A stretch of DNA of 32,000 nucleotides from Nitrosococcus oceani ATCC 19707 (GTDB lineage Bacteria; Pseudomonadota; Gammaproteobacteria; Nitrosococcales; Nitrosococcaceae), in assembly GCF_000012805.1 (NCBI RefSeq), contig NC_007484.1:2850001-2882000 (forward strand), given 5' to 3'. The notes beneath the pieces were generated by a model. The model searched no databases. It saw only the letters and a list, made by a program, of their open reading frames with translations, and was not told the origin of the DNA. The position numbers were made by a program, and so were the translations under genes. Numbering within the stretch: the first letter of the stretch is position 1; each line of letters opens with the position of its first letter. Below, one piece after another: positions 1 to 9,592 of the stretch.

Positions 1-1
1 G

Positions 2-205
2 GCTAGGTTTTTGCTTATGTTATGCGAAAAATTAGCCATCAAACCTCGGCAAACAATCGCCATCGGTGATGGAGCTAATGATTTGGAGATGTTGAAGGTC
101 GCGGGACTTAGCATAGCTTACCATGCTAAACCAAAAGTACAGGCAGCAACCCAGGTAACTCTTAACCATACTACCCTAGATGGAATTTTGCCGTTTTTAT
201 TATAA
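2..205 (+). CDS. serB: Phosphoserine phosphatase SerB, C-terminal fragment (5' end outside window)
   Basis: The frame is open from the window edge. It carries the HAD motif AIGDGANDLEML followed by SIAYHAKPKV, typical of the SerB C-terminus. Confidence 0.8.
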   Translation, partial: ARFLLMLCEKLAIKPRQTIAIGDGANDLEMLKVAGLSIAYHAKPKVQAATQVTLNHTTLDGILPFLL

Positions 206-381
206 AAACAGCCATTCTGGGTCGAATAAATTTCTTATGCCCCACCCTACTACAAGTAAGGATTTAACGATCTCTCAGCCAAAATTTTGAAAATAGAGAT
301 GAGGCATCGAAATAAATAAACTCTTCTTGGCTAGCGTTAAGCAGCAGAGTGCTCTGCGGGATCGAATGTTGGGTCTTCGCG

Positions 382-422
382 CTTACCTGTATTTGCGTGC
401 CCCGTCTGCAAATACAGGTAAG
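382..422. terminator. Perfect 15-bp inverted repeat hairpin; possible bidirectional terminator between serB and the convergent cupredoxin gene
   Basis: CTTACCTGTATTTGC (382-396), an 11-nt loop, then GCAAATACAGGTAAG (408-422). A moderately T-rich tail (tatttcttcg) follows on the + strand. It lies between two convergent gene ends. Confidence 0.4.
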
Positions 423-517
423 TATTTCTTCGCTACTTGACTATTTTATTATTTAGCTTCTTGCATGGGGCTTTACCCCAATTTACTACCCAGAGTAGTA
501 GCCAACAGGCTACTTGA

Positions 518-1537
518 TTACAAGCGCCACCGTTTGCGCTGTTTGGTTTCTGGCCCAAAATTCTGTACTTGCTCCGATGATTCTCTACGCTTTTTGCTAA
601 GTCGCCCCAAACCGATCATCGCCAGAGCCAAACCTATTGCCCCTGCGCCTAAAGAAGAACCTATGACGCTCCAGCTCGCTTCCATTTGATAGGAATCCGG
701 ATAGTTTGGGGCTGTTAATCCTGGAATGCTAGGAAAGTCCTGATCCCCACTCCCTACTTTCAATTGGGCTTTCATCCCTTTTTCTGTATGCTGAGCGATA
801 TCGCAATGGACAAAATAAGTTTTCTCAACGCTCGGCACAATAAAAGTTCCCGTCCGGCGACCGGGGCCAGCTAATTCGAGGTGAAACATTCCCTGAGGAT
901 AAAGATACCCCGGCAACATGTGAACCATCCACTGGTGGCGAATATCGTCTTCATTGATAAAGGTGACCGTGATTCGAGTACAGGGCTTGACCTTCCATTC
1001 ATGCTGATCATAACCAAATACCGTTCCCGGAAAATCCTTAGCATACTTAGTTCCTGCTCGCACCGTAATTTCCACATCACCTGCAAGTTTGGGGCAGTCG
1101 CGAGGCAGGTTATCCGTATTCTCATTCATGACCATACCATGAGCATCCATGTCCATCATGTGGTGTTCGTGTTCAAATTCATGATGAATATGGCCTTCTT
1201 CTTCCTGCGGAGGGGCAGTTACCTTAACATCTGCCGTCCTTGGGCCATGTTCATGGTGATGGTGGTGCATTGGCTCCTCTTCAGTTGCCGCTGATTCTTC
1301 CTCGGTCGAAACATCTGCTGCTGGAACCTGGGCAGAAGCTTTTTCTTCCGGCGCGGGTTCCAGCCGCCCCTTCTCCTGGGATTCCACGTCCCTAGGATGC
1401 TCGTGATGATGATGCTCCGGCGCGGCAGCCTCCGATGGCAATTTATCCTGCTTTGGGCCGTCAGCCGATTCCACAGCGGCGGCACCTAACGAAAGCATAA
1501 GCGCCGCACTAAATATGAATAATTGATAACCCATCAT
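518..1537 (-). CDS. Secreted, C-terminally membrane-anchored cupredoxin (type-1 copper) protein with long His/acidic-rich N-terminal region
   Basis: Signal peptide MMGYQLFIFSAALMLSLGAAAV. His tracts HHHHEH, MHHHHHEH and HIHHEFEHEHHMMDMDAHGM. Blue-copper ligand pattern FVHCDIAQHTEKGM (C-x4-H-x4-M). C-terminal TM helix IGSSLGAGAIGLALAMIGLG plus a basic tail. The start lies 8 nt after the stop of the upstream MCO gene. Confidence 0.75.
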   Translation of the reverse strand: MMGYQLFIFSAALMLSLGAAAVESADGPKQDKLPSEAAAPEHHHHEHPRDVESQEKGRLEPAPEEKASAQVPAADVSTEEESAATEEEPMHHHHHEHGPRTADVKVTAPPQEEEGHIHHEFEHEHHMMDMDAHGMVMNENTDNLPRDCPKLAGDVEITVRAGTKYAKDFPGTVFGYDQHEWKVKPCTRITVTFINEDDIRHQWMVHMLPGYLYPQGMFHLELAGPGRRTGTFIVPSVEKTYFVHCDIAQHTEKGMKAQLKVGSGDQDFPSIPGLTAPNYPDSYQMEASWSVIGSSLGAGAIGLALAMIGLGRLSKKRRESSEQVQNFGPETKQRKRWRL

Positions 1538-1544
1538 GTTCTAT

Positions 1545-3236
1545 TTATACCTCCTTGGAGCGCCGCTTCAAGATCATGATTGAGCGAATCCCAATGACGA
1601 TACCCCCGAGCAATAATCCCACGCCAAAAGCAAGCAAAGCAGGCTGAATGCGAAGTTGATCTGGTACTTTACTAATCTCGCCAAACAGATTTTCTTGATC
1701 AAAACTTGCCCATACCGGCACTTCCTTTTGATAAAATTCCTTACTAAAATAAGGTTTTAAATCAACCCCCCTACCGAGCGGCATACCCTCTTCGCCGAGA
1801 AATGACTCATAAACAATGCTGGTCACGTCTCCGCCAGGATTCATCCCATCAGTGGTAACGGCCCGCTCCGTATGATCATGCAACAACCAGATCCCTTCCC
1901 CATAGCTGTGGAAACCATCAATACTGGTATTCAGAGCAAGATCAATGCGCTGGGCGGGTCCTAGCTCATAAACATCCCGCGTGATCCATGCCTCTGGGTT
2001 ATGGGGGGCCCCATCATAAGCGGTAATGGTCATTTTATGGCCATGGCTGTGAATGTAGGCAGGATCTTGGCCCGCGTTCCCCATCCGAATCTTTACCAAC
2101 TCATTGGGTTTCACCACTACCAGCGATTCCCGCAGGGTATAGGGAAAAGAACGGCCATTAAGCAGAAAATAATTAGTTGGATTCTCAGTGATATTATAAT
2201 CACGGTTAATCGCCTTGGAGATCAACCGCGCATCATTAGCGATCTTAATCTTATCCGCCAAGGTCTTGTCAACGCTCTGATAAAGAAGATCATACTCCCG
2301 ATCATAGGTCTCTTTCACCGCTACTGAGGGATGACGTACATGCCCTCCCCCTACATTCAGGGTCTGGACCCAATTACTGGGACGATTTTCTTCCACCACC
2401 ATCAACCCTACCAACCCCATTCCAATATGGGCATGGGGCTGAACATGGCAATGGTAAAGCATGGTCCCCGCATGCCGGGGAGTCATCTCATAAGTACGGC
2501 TCTCTCCCGGCATTAAGGGCAGCTCGCTGGTCTGGGGAACCCCATCGTTCCCTTCACCCGCCGCATTCACGAAGGGGTGATCGACCCCATGAAAATGGAT
2601 CGTATGGGGAAGATAATGGGTATTCTCGAGAGTAATTTTTATGGTATCTCCCTGCTCAACGCGGATAACGGGAGAAGGCGCTCGCAGATAAGCATTAGCT
2701 TGCAAACTCTCGAAGTTAAGGGTGGACATACCGCGGGTCTTGGGGGCAAAAACCCAGAACCCAGGCTGGACACCCGGTGCAATCGAATAGGCAGGAATAG
2801 GCTCCGGAGTATCCGGCGAGAATCCGTTTAGCTCGGCCACTTCTAACCGAAGATGGATGACATCCGGATCCCCATCCCCATCGCGGTCCTCACCTTTGGT
2901 GACCGCATCCATCGCAAGCTGGGTCTCCATAATGGTGTCATGGGAAACATTGTTCGTGCCTTTGACGAATGCAGCAATATCTGCTGGGTTATCCGGGCTG
3001 CAAAAAGGTGATGCTTCCACGAGCATCCCCTCAATCACCTGACGCTCTCGCCAAACTGGATCCACATCGGGGCACATCGGCTCGATCTCCAACTCAGCAA
3101 GGTTGAAACTCTCAGTTGCTGGGGGCCGTTGGTAGGGAGCCGACCGCACTATGGAAGGGAACAAGAGAACAAAGCTCCCTAACCCTATCACAACGGCAAA
3201 GAAGGCATGACGTATATTCATCATTTGCATACACAT
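1545..3236 (-). CDS. Two-domain multicopper oxidase, T1 site in the N-terminal cupredoxin domain (type-C-like), with N-terminal signal/anchor and C-terminal TM helix
   Basis: Copper ligand motifs appear in the order HTIHFHG, YHCHVQPHAHIGMG, IHSHGH, WLLHDH. Only the first HxH-type motif pair carries the Cys..His..Met T1 set. There is a DRDGDGDPD Ca-binding-like motif in a roughly 190-aa N-terminal extension. C-terminal TM helix: ALLAFGVGLLLGGIVIGI. Confidence 0.85.
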   Translation of the reverse strand: MCMQMMNIRHAFFAVVIGLGSFVLLFPSIVRSAPYQRPPATESFNLAELEIEPMCPDVDPVWRERQVIEGMLVEASPFCSPDNPADIAAFVKGTNNVSHDTIMETQLAMDAVTKGEDRDGDGDPDVIHLRLEVAELNGFSPDTPEPIPAYSIAPGVQPGFWVFAPKTRGMSTLNFESLQANAYLRAPSPVIRVEQGDTIKITLENTHYLPHTIHFHGVDHPFVNAAGEGNDGVPQTSELPLMPGESRTYEMTPRHAGTMLYHCHVQPHAHIGMGLVGLMVVEENRPSNWVQTLNVGGGHVRHPSVAVKETYDREYDLLYQSVDKTLADKIKIANDARLISKAINRDYNITENPTNYFLLNGRSFPYTLRESLVVVKPNELVKIRMGNAGQDPAYIHSHGHKMTITAYDGAPHNPEAWITRDVYELGPAQRIDLALNTSIDGFHSYGEGIWLLHDHTERAVTTDGMNPGGDVTSIVYESFLGEEGMPLGRGVDLKPYFSKEFYQKEVPVWASFDQENLFGEISKVPDQLRIQPALLAFGVGLLLGGIVIGIRSIMILKRRSKEV

Positions 3237-3706
3237 ACAACCTTATGAAGGATTCAACTTGGTATTTAGCGGCAGCCTGAACCCCATATCCAGACCTGCT
3301 TTTTAGCTAAAAATCAACAATATTAGTTCTCTTTACCACTGCTTAGTTCCCTGATGACAAAGTTTTTAAAGAATTTCCTATTTCAAGCTTGCTGTTGGTA
3401 AAGATAGAGAATGCGGGAAAAACGGATAACCGCAATAGCTAATTTAAAATATTGGAAGATTTCTGTTTTGAGCAAACGGTTAGAAGACGCAAAGGCACAC
3501 TTGGACTAACTTAACGCTTTTGTGTCCCTGCGTCTTCTTACCAATAGATTAGATGTGGGATGCTTAATTTCTTAACCTGTTAAGGAGACTCTACCCCTAG
3601 AATTTTTTAACCCCACTCTAACAATACGCACTTCAATGGGAACATAGTCAGATTCGTCAGAAAACGGCTATTTCCTATCCCCTCTCATGCATGCTAGCTT
3701 TCTAGC

Positions 3707-3820
3707 CTAATCCTTCATAAGCCAGCGGACAAAGTAGTAAATGCCGGCGATTATTCCTATAGTCACGACAAATCCAATGGGGGTGAACATTTTATCGACT
3801 AATTCAAGGATTGCTCCCAT
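3707..3820 (-). CDS. Candidate 37-aa small membrane protein (below the ORF-track length cutoff)
   Basis: ATG at 3820 is preceded by AAGGAG (3829-3834) with an 8-nt spacer. Translation is MGAILELVDKMFTPIGFVVTIGIIAGIYYFVRWLMKD, one clear TM helix, with TAG at 3707-3709. I recognise no homolog. Confidence 0.4.
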   Translation of the reverse strand: MGAILELVDKMFTPIGFVVTIGIIAGIYYFVRWLMKD

Positions 3821-3934
3821 TCTATAATCTCCTTACATTTTAATGATTTTATATTGCGCAATTTAGCCAGATAGCGACTAAAGTGGCGTAGTATAGTAAC
3901 GATCATACTTCCTGACAAGTCCATCCATTTATGG

Positions 3935-5371
3935 TCAGCGAAACCGGCCTAGCGTTTTTTGCACAAAACCGTCCTCCCCATAACCCATGCAAACTTTCCT
4001 GTCATTCATCCGGGTTTCTAACCATACATCCCGACCCCATAGCTGATAAAGGTGGGAGAGGGTTTTCTCGGCATATTCCGCCTGTAGATCCCGTCCGTCA
4101 TGGTCATGTTTAAGGTAGAGTTGCCGGTTACGCCCGTAATCGGCATCTTCGATCCGGATGACGGGGATACTCCCCATACCTACATTTTTTAGCAAAGTTG
4201 TTTTGATCTCACGCCAATGTTCTTCATCAGAGACCTTACTAATGACCAAAGCCTCTCCTTTAGGTTGATACTCAAACATATCCATCTCGCGCATCAACTC
4301 TTCGGTTAGAAAGCGGCGCAAAAATGAAGCATCCCGATCAACTTCGCGAACCTGGAAAATTCCTTCGCGGCCTCCCTTCCGTGGCTTACCGACATGCTCC
4401 TCTTCTGCAGAGACTTGACAATGGCGGAAGATATCATGCCAAAGTTTAAAACCTAAATAGTATGGATTAATATCGCCCGGATGGGGGCGTACCACCTGGT
4501 TGTGATGAACGAGGAATTCAAGATAAAGATCTTGGGGTAAATCTATACTATTCATGAGCTTATGATGCCAATAGCTAGCCCAACCCTCGTTCATAATCTT
4601 GGTTTCAATCTGAGGGATAAAATAGCGTGCTTGTTCATGCACAATAGTAAGCAAGTCCCGCTCCCAATCGGCAAGATAAAGGTTATTATCCCGCATAAAC
4701 AGCAGAATATCCTCTTCAGGAAACAAAGGAAAACGATTCAAATCGGGCTCTACATACTCAGGCTGCTTATGCAATCTTTGATAGGGATCATGCGTAGGAT
4801 GAGCGGCAGCCACAACCTGCTCTTTCTGCTCGCTGGCACTCAATTTACGTATCGCTTGATTCCTGCTGCACTGCAAAGATAAAGCGTGGGCCGCATCAAG
4901 CACCCTTTCTGTTTTATGAAGTCCGATAGAGGGATCTTCAATATAGCCCCGTACTCGATCAGCGCGAAGTTTAAAGTTAGAAAGAGTCAATTCAGGTTGA
5001 GTATCGCGAAAGGTAAAATTATTTTTGAAAAAATCATTGTGACCATAGACATGAGCAATAGTCAGAATTTGCAAACACAAAGAATTCTCCTGCACTAAAT
5101 AGGCTAAAGCAGGATTTGAATTGATCACCATTTCATAGGGCAGCCCGCTCATCCCATGCTCGTAAAGAGTCTGAAGCTTCTCGTAGGCTTTGCCATAAGA
5201 CCAGTGAGGATAATGGGCCGGCATACCCGAGTAGGCCATATAGCCTAGCATTTGGGTATGGTCGCAAATCTCAAACTCCTGGGGAAAACAAGAAAGGCCA
5301 AATTCCTCGGCTTTTTCACGAATCTTGTCATCCCAATATTTTAGATCCTCAATCGTCCAATGACTGGCCAT
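3935..5371 (-). CDS. ycgB: SpoVR/YcgB family protein
   Basis: 478 aa with the SpoVR-like N-terminus (WTIEDLKYWDDKIREKAEEFGL..., HVYGHNDFFKNN). It is the third member of the conserved PrkA-YeaH-SpoVR triad immediately downstream. Confidence 0.9.
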   Translation of the reverse strand: MASHWTIEDLKYWDDKIREKAEEFGLSCFPQEFEICDHTQMLGYMAYSGMPAHYPHWSYGKAYEKLQTLYEHGMSGLPYEMVINSNPALAYLVQENSLCLQILTIAHVYGHNDFFKNNFTFRDTQPELTLSNFKLRADRVRGYIEDPSIGLHKTERVLDAAHALSLQCSRNQAIRKLSASEQKEQVVAAAHPTHDPYQRLHKQPEYVEPDLNRFPLFPEEDILLFMRDNNLYLADWERDLLTIVHEQARYFIPQIETKIMNEGWASYWHHKLMNSIDLPQDLYLEFLVHHNQVVRPHPGDINPYYLGFKLWHDIFRHCQVSAEEEHVGKPRKGGREGIFQVREVDRDASFLRRFLTEELMREMDMFEYQPKGEALVISKVSDEEHWREIKTTLLKNVGMGSIPVIRIEDADYGRNRQLYLKHDHDGRDLQAEYAEKTLSHLYQLWGRDVWLETRMNDRKVCMGYGEDGFVQKTLGRFR

Positions 5372-5405
5372 AACTTTTATCCCAGCCTTTCACTTTAACC
5401 AAATT

Positions 5406-6590
5406 TTACTCATCATATTTGCTGCTCTCCGACTCTCGGGACAACAGCTGCCTAAAACTAGGCCAGATATCTTCCTTACGTTGGATTAACACCGACTGGA
5501 AATTGTCCATCCGCACACTACGGAACAAATCTAGCATGGTCCCTTCATAGAAGCCCGAGGGACGTGGTTTAATTTCACCATAACCAAATAAGTTACAGAC
5601 TTGACATAGCACTTCGGCAGCTTTTAAGGTAGCGGCGTTATCACTATCAAAATTGTCGCCATCCGAGCAATGAAAAGCGTAAATATTCCACAGCGAGGGA
5701 TGATAACGATTCTGAATAATTTCTAAAGCCTTGCTATAGCCTGAAGAAATAAAGGTACCCCCCGCTTCACCTTTATGAAAAAACTCTTCCTCCGTCACTT
5801 CTCTGGCTTTAGTATGATGGGCAATAAAAACCACATCCACATTAACGTAACGGGAACGGACAAACTGGTAGAGCAAAAAGAAAAAACTCCGCGCTAGATA
5901 TTTCTTTAATGTATCCATAGAGCCAGAAGTATCCATAATACAAAATACTACCGCATTCGACTGAGGACGCATATCCTCCCGCAGCCGATGATAGCGCATA
6001 TCATCCCGATGGAAGGGGAAACGGTGCTTTGTCTCATTATCTTCAGCATCTTTATCGCTTGCTAAACGCCGTCGAATACGAGATTTAGCCGTGCGCCGCT
6101 TATCCATATGGACTCGCACGCCAACCCGGCGGAAGCCTTTTCGTTTACTGGTACGCTCCGATAACACTTCACGGAAACGTTTACGTTCCATATCTGGCAA
6201 CTCCAGGTCTTCAAGCATGATCTCGATCAGTTCTTCCAGAGTGATTTCAGTCTCATAATAATCCATGCCAGGACGATCACCCGCATGACCCGGACCGCCA
6301 TCTCCTTGGGGCACCTGGCCAACAGTTTGGCCTGGCTCCGAATCCCCTTGGCCTGTGCCTACCCCTGGCGTATTCTGTCCATAAACAAAGCGATATTCCC
6401 GGATACCTCGAATGGGAACTTTAATAATACGATCACGGCTTTGGCCAATAATTGATTCCTCAGCAACAATGTCAGCCACATTATCACGGATCGCTTTGCG
6501 GACCTTTTGCCGATGCCGCAACCGATCCTTTGCACTGCGATCAGAGCGTAAGGCATCCGATTGAGAATAAGCACGAAATACTGTGGTCAT
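5406..6590 (-). CDS. yeaH: YeaH/DUF444 family protein (vWA-like)
   Basis: 394 aa. It has a basic N-terminus (RSAKDRLRHRQKVRKAIR) and the MDTSGSM MIDAS-like motif typical of DUF444/YeaH. It sits between prkA and spoVR. Confidence 0.9.
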   Translation of the reverse strand: MTTVFRAYSQSDALRSDRSAKDRLRHRQKVRKAIRDNVADIVAEESIIGQSRDRIIKVPIRGIREYRFVYGQNTPGVGTGQGDSEPGQTVGQVPQGDGGPGHAGDRPGMDYYETEITLEELIEIMLEDLELPDMERKRFREVLSERTSKRKGFRRVGVRVHMDKRRTAKSRIRRRLASDKDAEDNETKHRFPFHRDDMRYHRLREDMRPQSNAVVFCIMDTSGSMDTLKKYLARSFFFLLYQFVRSRYVNVDVVFIAHHTKAREVTEEEFFHKGEAGGTFISSGYSKALEIIQNRYHPSLWNIYAFHCSDGDNFDSDNAATLKAAEVLCQVCNLFGYGEIKPRPSGFYEGTMLDLFRSVRMDNFQSVLIQRKEDIWPSFRQLLSRESESSKYDE

Positions 6591-6660
6591 AGCCTTTTCA
6601 TCTTTTTTCAGACACTTCTATTCCAAACCCGGTACAGGCAAGGTGCCTTCCCTTTTATCC

Positions 6661-8592
6661 CTAATCCTTCCAAAGATTATTTGCGGCATATTTCAACACC
6701 ACCTCTGCTGAGTGCTCGTTATAGCCCCGCTCCAGGAGATTCTTAACCAAATCATCGTACTTCTTGGCCTGCTCCTCATCTCGGGTACGAGATTTGGTAA
6801 TAATACGGCTTAAATCCCGTACCGAACTGGTCAATTTCTTCTCTATCGCTTCCTTTAAAGGCTCATAGGATTGATAGCTTACCTTCTCGCCACGGCGGGT
6901 AGCCGCCCAAAGAAAGGCAATCACTTCTTGCCGGAAACCATCAGCAGCGCTACCGACGATAGCGATTTGCTCTTCAACTGACTTCAGAAAATTTTCATCG
7001 GGCTGTAATTCCTCCCGCGTATCCCAATCTTTAACCCGAGTCTTGTTCACATAGGCCTCAGCATGATCCAGATAATTTTGAAATAAGGTTTCTGCCTGTT
7101 CCTCATAGGAATAGACAAAAGCTTTGGTAATTTCTTTTTCTAGGATTTCAAGATAGACCTTGTGCAAGGTATCTTGGAGCAACTCCAGATAGTGCTTCCG
7201 GGTATCGTCCGCCAGCTCCGATTGTTTGACCATCACAATCAAGGCTTCGCGGACATTGATAGGATTGATCCCCTCTTCGCTATCCGCCAAGGCATTGTCT
7301 AGGGCCTTCATAATAAAGCGGGTCGAAATGCCAAACATCCCTTCCCGTGAAGCTGCCTCCTGGAGCTCTTTAGCATTGATCTTGAGCGTTGACCCCTTCT
7401 CTACCACCTCCTCGCCATTATAAAGCCGCAGTTTGGTTATTAAGTCACATTTAGGGGTAGGCTCTAGGCGGGACAAAATCGCAAACATAGAAGCCACTTC
7501 AAGAGTGTGGGGCGCAATATGCGCCCGAAAATCAGAATGATGTAAAAGTTTCCCGTAGATCTTGATTTCTTCTGATAGGCGTAAATTATAGGGCACTTTA
7601 ACCACGACGATCCGATCGAGAATAGCCTCGTTAGTATGGTCGGCTTTGAATTTCTGCCATTCGGCCTCATTAGAATGAGCAACGATACAGGTATCCACAT
7701 ATACAGTACCGTGGCGGCCGGGAGCAGGGACAAATTTCTCCTGGGTCGCGGTAATCATGGAATGGAGATATTCCGTCTCGTTCTTAAAGACCTCAATAAA
7801 TTCCACCACGCCCCGGTTGCCCACGTTGAAAGCGCCATTTAGATCCAATACCCGAGGATCGCCTTCGGAATACAGATCCAATTTGGAGATATCCTCTGAT
7901 CCAATTAACACTGAGGTATCCTGGTTATTGGGGTCCACCGGCGGTACAACGCCAATACCCCGGCGATCCCGCTTGGAAAAATCTACCGTGATAACAGGCA
8001 CGTCTTCATAACGGCCATCAAACTCTTCTTTGAGACGAAAACGGCATACCGGGCATAAATCACCCTCAATATGCACATCCAGCATCTTTTCAAATTCCTT
8101 ACGTAAATGGCGCGGTAGGAGATGCAAGGGTTCCTCCCGCATGGGACAGCCTTCAATGGCATAAATAGGCTCCACATTCTCCAAACCCCGATGCAAGCGT
8201 TCGATAAGAGAACTCTTACCGGCCCCCACGGGACCCATCAGGTAGAGAACTTGCCGACTCTCCTCTCCATGCAGGGATGCGGAATGAAAATAACGCACCA
8301 ATTGAGCTAGAGTCCGTTCAATACCAAAGAATTCATCCTTGAAAAAAGAATATACTTTAATCGGCTCATCTCCGTAGAGGCGCTTGACATGAGGGTCATC
8401 CGCGGCATTGATATCTTCGGCCCCCTTCCGCATGATCATGTCGTAAACTCGGGAATGGGCTAACCTAGCAAGTAGGGGCTCCTTTTTGACTTTTTCTAAG
8501 TAATCAACAAACGTTCCCCGCCATTCTTGGCGCTCTCGCCTCGCCCGGTCCTTTTGAATAATTTCAGTAAATCCATTTTTTGTATCGGCCAC
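6661..8592 (-). CDS. prkA: PrkA (YeaG) family serine protein kinase
   Basis: Walker A GPVGAGKSSL and overall YeaG-like length. The ORF track starts at a TTG (8619). A GTG at 8592 is preceded by GAGGAGG with a 6-nt spacer and gives 643 aa, matching YeaG length, so I prefer 8592. Confidence 0.9.
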   Translation of the reverse strand: MADTKNGFTEIIQKDRARRERQEWRGTFVDYLEKVKKEPLLARLAHSRVYDMIMRKGAEDINAADDPHVKRLYGDEPIKVYSFFKDEFFGIERTLAQLVRYFHSASLHGEESRQVLYLMGPVGAGKSSLIERLHRGLENVEPIYAIEGCPMREEPLHLLPRHLRKEFEKMLDVHIEGDLCPVCRFRLKEEFDGRYEDVPVITVDFSKRDRRGIGVVPPVDPNNQDTSVLIGSEDISKLDLYSEGDPRVLDLNGAFNVGNRGVVEFIEVFKNETEYLHSMITATQEKFVPAPGRHGTVYVDTCIVAHSNEAEWQKFKADHTNEAILDRIVVVKVPYNLRLSEEIKIYGKLLHHSDFRAHIAPHTLEVASMFAILSRLEPTPKCDLITKLRLYNGEEVVEKGSTLKINAKELQEAASREGMFGISTRFIMKALDNALADSEEGINPINVREALIVMVKQSELADDTRKHYLELLQDTLHKVYLEILEKEITKAFVYSYEEQAETLFQNYLDHAEAYVNKTRVKDWDTREELQPDENFLKSVEEQIAIVGSAADGFRQEVIAFLWAATRRGEKVSYQSYEPLKEAIEKKLTSSVRDLSRIITKSRTRDEEQAKKYDDLVKNLLERGYNEHSAEVVLKYAANNLWKD

Positions 8593-9282
8593 ACTCCACC
8601 TCCTCACCGAAAATGCCAATTAGGACGCTACAACACCCGCTACAGTAAAGACACAACAGACCCCTTTGGAGTTCCAAGCCTCTGCTTGCAAAAAATACTA
8701 AAAGAACCTGATAAATTAAGAAATCTCTTTTGCGTTTATAAGACACAGCCATTGCCCTAAATTGTTTTTCAAAATGTTGGCAACCGTACTGAACATGCCC
8801 GCATAAACACAAGAGGCCGTACTCTCAGTATAGCCCCTAAAAAAAAATCTAAAGAGGAAAAGGAAAACAACCGTGCGTTGCCTGAAGGACTCTAGTACGC
8901 ATATTGCACCTAACTAATCAAAAGTAACGGACAGCCCCCTGCACTATCAATCGTTTGCTCCTATGGGCACCAAACCTTATTCCGCAACGAATGCTGCTGT
9001 CAGTCATTTTTAGTTTATCCCTTGCGAGATTCAGTTCAAATACATTTAAAGCTAATAAGAACGCAAACTGTCCCTACACAAACAATAATCTACCAGACCC
9101 TAATTTCAGAACCAAGGATGCTCTGTCAAGGGAAAAACTCCTTTCATCAGAAGTAATCGCAAGAAATTAACTGCTTCGGGCCGTATATCACTCTATTAAG
9201 GTTAGGAGCAAAACTTATATTTCTACTCAGTGAAGATTTCCGTACGGATGCTTATCACAAACAAATACAAAGCGAATCCGGA

Positions 9283-9305
9283 TGGGGCGAAGCGCCCCAC
9301 TTTTG
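9283..9305 (+). terminator. Rho-independent-terminator-like hairpin inside the gene-free gap
   Basis: TGGGGCG-AAG-CGCCCCA followed by CTTTTG on the + strand. No recognisable gene lies upstream on that strand, so the transcript it would end is unknown. Confidence 0.35.
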
Positions 9306-9592
9306 TAGTGAGCCCAGAACGTTTCGAAACATCCCTGGCTGCTTCTATCCTGAAATTTCCTTGGCGCTCAGCAGAGATAGTAAATCGCACACCTCCTCAA
9401 GGAACTGCAACTATAAACTGCTTATATTGCTAGATATAGGGGCGTCTCTATAGGGAAAAATATCCGGAAAGCAGCATTCACGAGAACCCAAAAGGACGAA
9501 AAACCCGCCGCCCATTTTACCGCTGTCAATGTATTTGTCCTTCTCAACTACATCGATACTTTCAGCCTGATGATACTGGAAGCCATGGTCCG

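Noticed and set aside
3482-3584. A 10-bp-stem hairpin with a long loop (AGAAGACGCA...TGCGTCTTCT, 3482-3538) and the 6+2+6 palindrome CTTAAC-CT-GTTAAG (3571-3584) in the MCO upstream region
   Set aside because: Neither arm is followed by a T-tract on either strand, so there is no terminator. The palindrome matches no operator consensus I know (CueR, CopR). This is too little evidence to call a regulatory site.
8593-9000. Sigma54 (TGGCAC-N5-TTGC) promoter for prkA, expected by analogy with NtrC-dependent yeaG
   Set aside because: I scanned both strands by eye. The nearest candidates (TGGCAAccgtacTGAA at about 8778, TGGGCACcaaacCTTAT at about 8964) lack the -12 GC element or face away from prkA.
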